A DNA stretch of 64,000 nucleotides, taken from the NCBI GenBank assembly GCA_965235115.1, contig OZ249439.1:21638001-21702000 (forward strand). Reading direction: 5' to 3'. Origin of the DNA: Laetmonice hystrix. Lineage: Eukaryota. The position numbers and the translations under genes are program-made. Positions 61,721-64,000 of this stretch are shown here, piece by piece (within the stretch, counting starts at the first letter, position 1; each line of letters opens with the position of its first letter). Below the pieces are notes generated by a model. It saw only the letters and a program-made list of their open reading frames with translations. It ran no database searches and was not told the origin of the DNA.

Positions 61721-64000
61721 GGGAACAGATATATTACAATGACTGATAGAGAATGCCAGACCGACTTAAATAACCAATCAGTAAATAATCAGGGCATGTC
61801 GCCTATGGTGATCGCATTATCCTGTCACAGCCCAGAGGATGAGCTCAGAGAGCGTCAGGCCGAACCTTACCACGGAATTCGCTCTAACGTGTTGAAAACT
61901 CTTGCGATCAACACTGCCGGCCGGCCGCCATGATGGGGAGTTTGAGCGAGTAGACAAGGCTGACGCCACTTCTAGTAAGAACCGGTGTACGGGTGTACAC
62001 CATGGCAGTATGGTAGACAAGTGATTCTGCAACGGAATTGGACGGTTCTGCTAAGAGAAATACATTGACAGCTCCCTGCTTAATCGGATTGAGAGAAACG
62101 ACAGGCATGACGACGCCGATCCGAAAATAGCTCCCGGGGATATTTTTGTGAAAGAGTTATCCGTATTTCAGTTCTACGTGTACTAACAAGGATTGAGGGA
62201 GAAGTGTTGGCTGAGGTTGTGTTTCCAGAAATAGCCCCCCCCCCCGGATATTTTGTGAAAGATTTATAGGCATTTTCGTAATCAGACACTGGTGGCGCTT
62301 TAATAACTGCCCTGTGATCGATGAGGGGGCAAAGTGGGACGCTCGATCTAGTTCTTGTGTGGGTGTCGAGGAATTGGTTGGTTCACCCCCTGTCGACACT
62401 AACTATTGTCGGGACGAAAAGAGTACTGTGTCTTATCTCTTTGTATGGTCGGTATTAAGGTGGGATCCCGATCTTTACTCGTTTTCTCTGTTTGTTTGTT
62501 AGACTAATGAACCGTGAATGAAGTGAAGCGCATTTTGCCTGGTGTAATACTGACTAAAATCCCGTCGTACCCCTTCAGGTTTGTCTCTAACGCTGGCATT
62601 ATAATGAATTACCTTGATGCCCTCTTGTGTCATTGAGTGAGCAGGATGTTTCCTGCTAGTTTTTTTCAGCCTTACTCATAGCTGAGAGTTTGCAGTCTCA
62701 AAGAACGAACACCCCAAACGTGTTAACAGTCAGTAGAAAAGCCCTGGTTTTCCGCAGATCAGAAAACACATTCAAACCATCTCTTCCATCGCTTTTCGAC
62801 AACATACAGGTGCCGGCGCAAACACCAATGGTGTTTTTGCATATTGTTGTGATACAATGATAATGTCAGTGTGTGGGCCAAGACGGTTCCTCAGTACGGC
62901 CCCTAGCCGTACCACCCCGCGTCCGGCCGATTGGGGGAGGGGGTGGGGAGTGGTGGGGTAGGGTATGAGGATGACAAAGATGGACCGGGAGAGGAGATGA
63001 CAAGCTCACCAAGACAGGAAATCCCGGCGGCGGGGACTCAGGATGAAGGAGTAGCTCGGGAGGAATGTTTAGGCAGGGATAGTTAGCTTGTAAATTCTCC
63101 GAGCAGGATTAACAAGAGAGGTAATAGATCATGGGCTGACAGCGTACTGTTGTATACCGTGTGGGTACGTGTTCCACAAATCCGGCGTATATGGAAGGAT
63201 TGGGTTATTGTATGCCCCAGGAAAGGGTGGGCTTAAGTCAAGGCGATCGCTTCTGCTGATAGCGGAACCCGAAGCATCAGGAAAACCCGCCGACTTTGAC
63301 TGACAATCGGTCTCATCTTTGAGGAATAATAGGTCTGTTATTCCTACAGGGTCTTACTTATGGCTGAGAGTAAATCGTAGATGACTTTCCGCCACCCAAA
63401 AATAAGTCAAGGACAGGGCCAGTGGACCAGAAATTAAGACGTCCGATGTTATGTATTATGTATATATTCACTAAGCTGGGCGTTTGTCCGCCAGCTACAG
63501 CCAGCTCCAAAGGCGGCTTGGTAAGACGGTCATATACTGTCGCGCTTCAACGGGTATGCATAGGGGGTAAGAGAGGAGGCTGACTGGTTGTCAAGGCAAC
63601 CAACCATTATCTGGCTGCATATATAGTGATAAAGATATAATAGAGGACGCCAAGATGTGGGATATACCTCCCTGATGTAAGAGTGACCTGTGACCCTGTC
63701 AGTAAACCGTTTGATACCTATTGATATGTACCCCCCCCCCCCCTCCGTTTTTAATCATGATGACCGTTGACGCCACAACAAGCAGCTTAACGGCGAGTAG
63801 ACAAATTACACGTGATAAATCGCGGTTGAGTGAAACACTAAGATGTCATTAATATGAGGGAGGTAATTACCAGGCCCCTATCAATCAGTTAATTAGTCCC
63901 CGCTCCCCATCGGTCCCCCAGGATTGATCCTACCAGCATGGCCATGCGGTTGGATCAGTTAAATCAGTGCAACATGTGTCTTTGTTTGTCCAGTAAGTAG

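Overview
Animal (bilaterian invertebrate, plausibly lophotrochozoan) nuclear DNA, not prokaryotic. Two spliced genes sit head-to-head, with ATGs about 310 bp apart. The first is a complete 12-exon nucleoporin NUP58 on the minus strand (7530->2188, 675 aa by my exon build). The second is the 5' part of a myotubularin-related MTMR6/7/8 gene on the plus strand (exon 1 at 7842-7865, exon 2 at 46422-46538; no exon 3 found in the window). The 38.5-kb intron 1 and the >17-kb intron 2 hold more than ten minisatellite arrays, MITEs, tRNA-SINEs and decayed Penelope, LINE and DIRS/Ngaro retroelements. Best leads: (1) a 118-codon exon at 15468-15821 that would splice in frame to MTMR exon 2, i.e. a candidate alternative N-terminus with its own promoter; (2) the NUP58-MTMR pairing matching the human MTMR6-NUP58 arrangement; (3) a promoter-like island at 58.4-58.8 kb with an orphan exon-like segment downstream; (4) an HNF4/DR1 motif cluster; (5) a G-quadruplex minisatellite and twin related 42/48-bp arrays. 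All protein-family calls come from motif recognition by eye; no searches were run.
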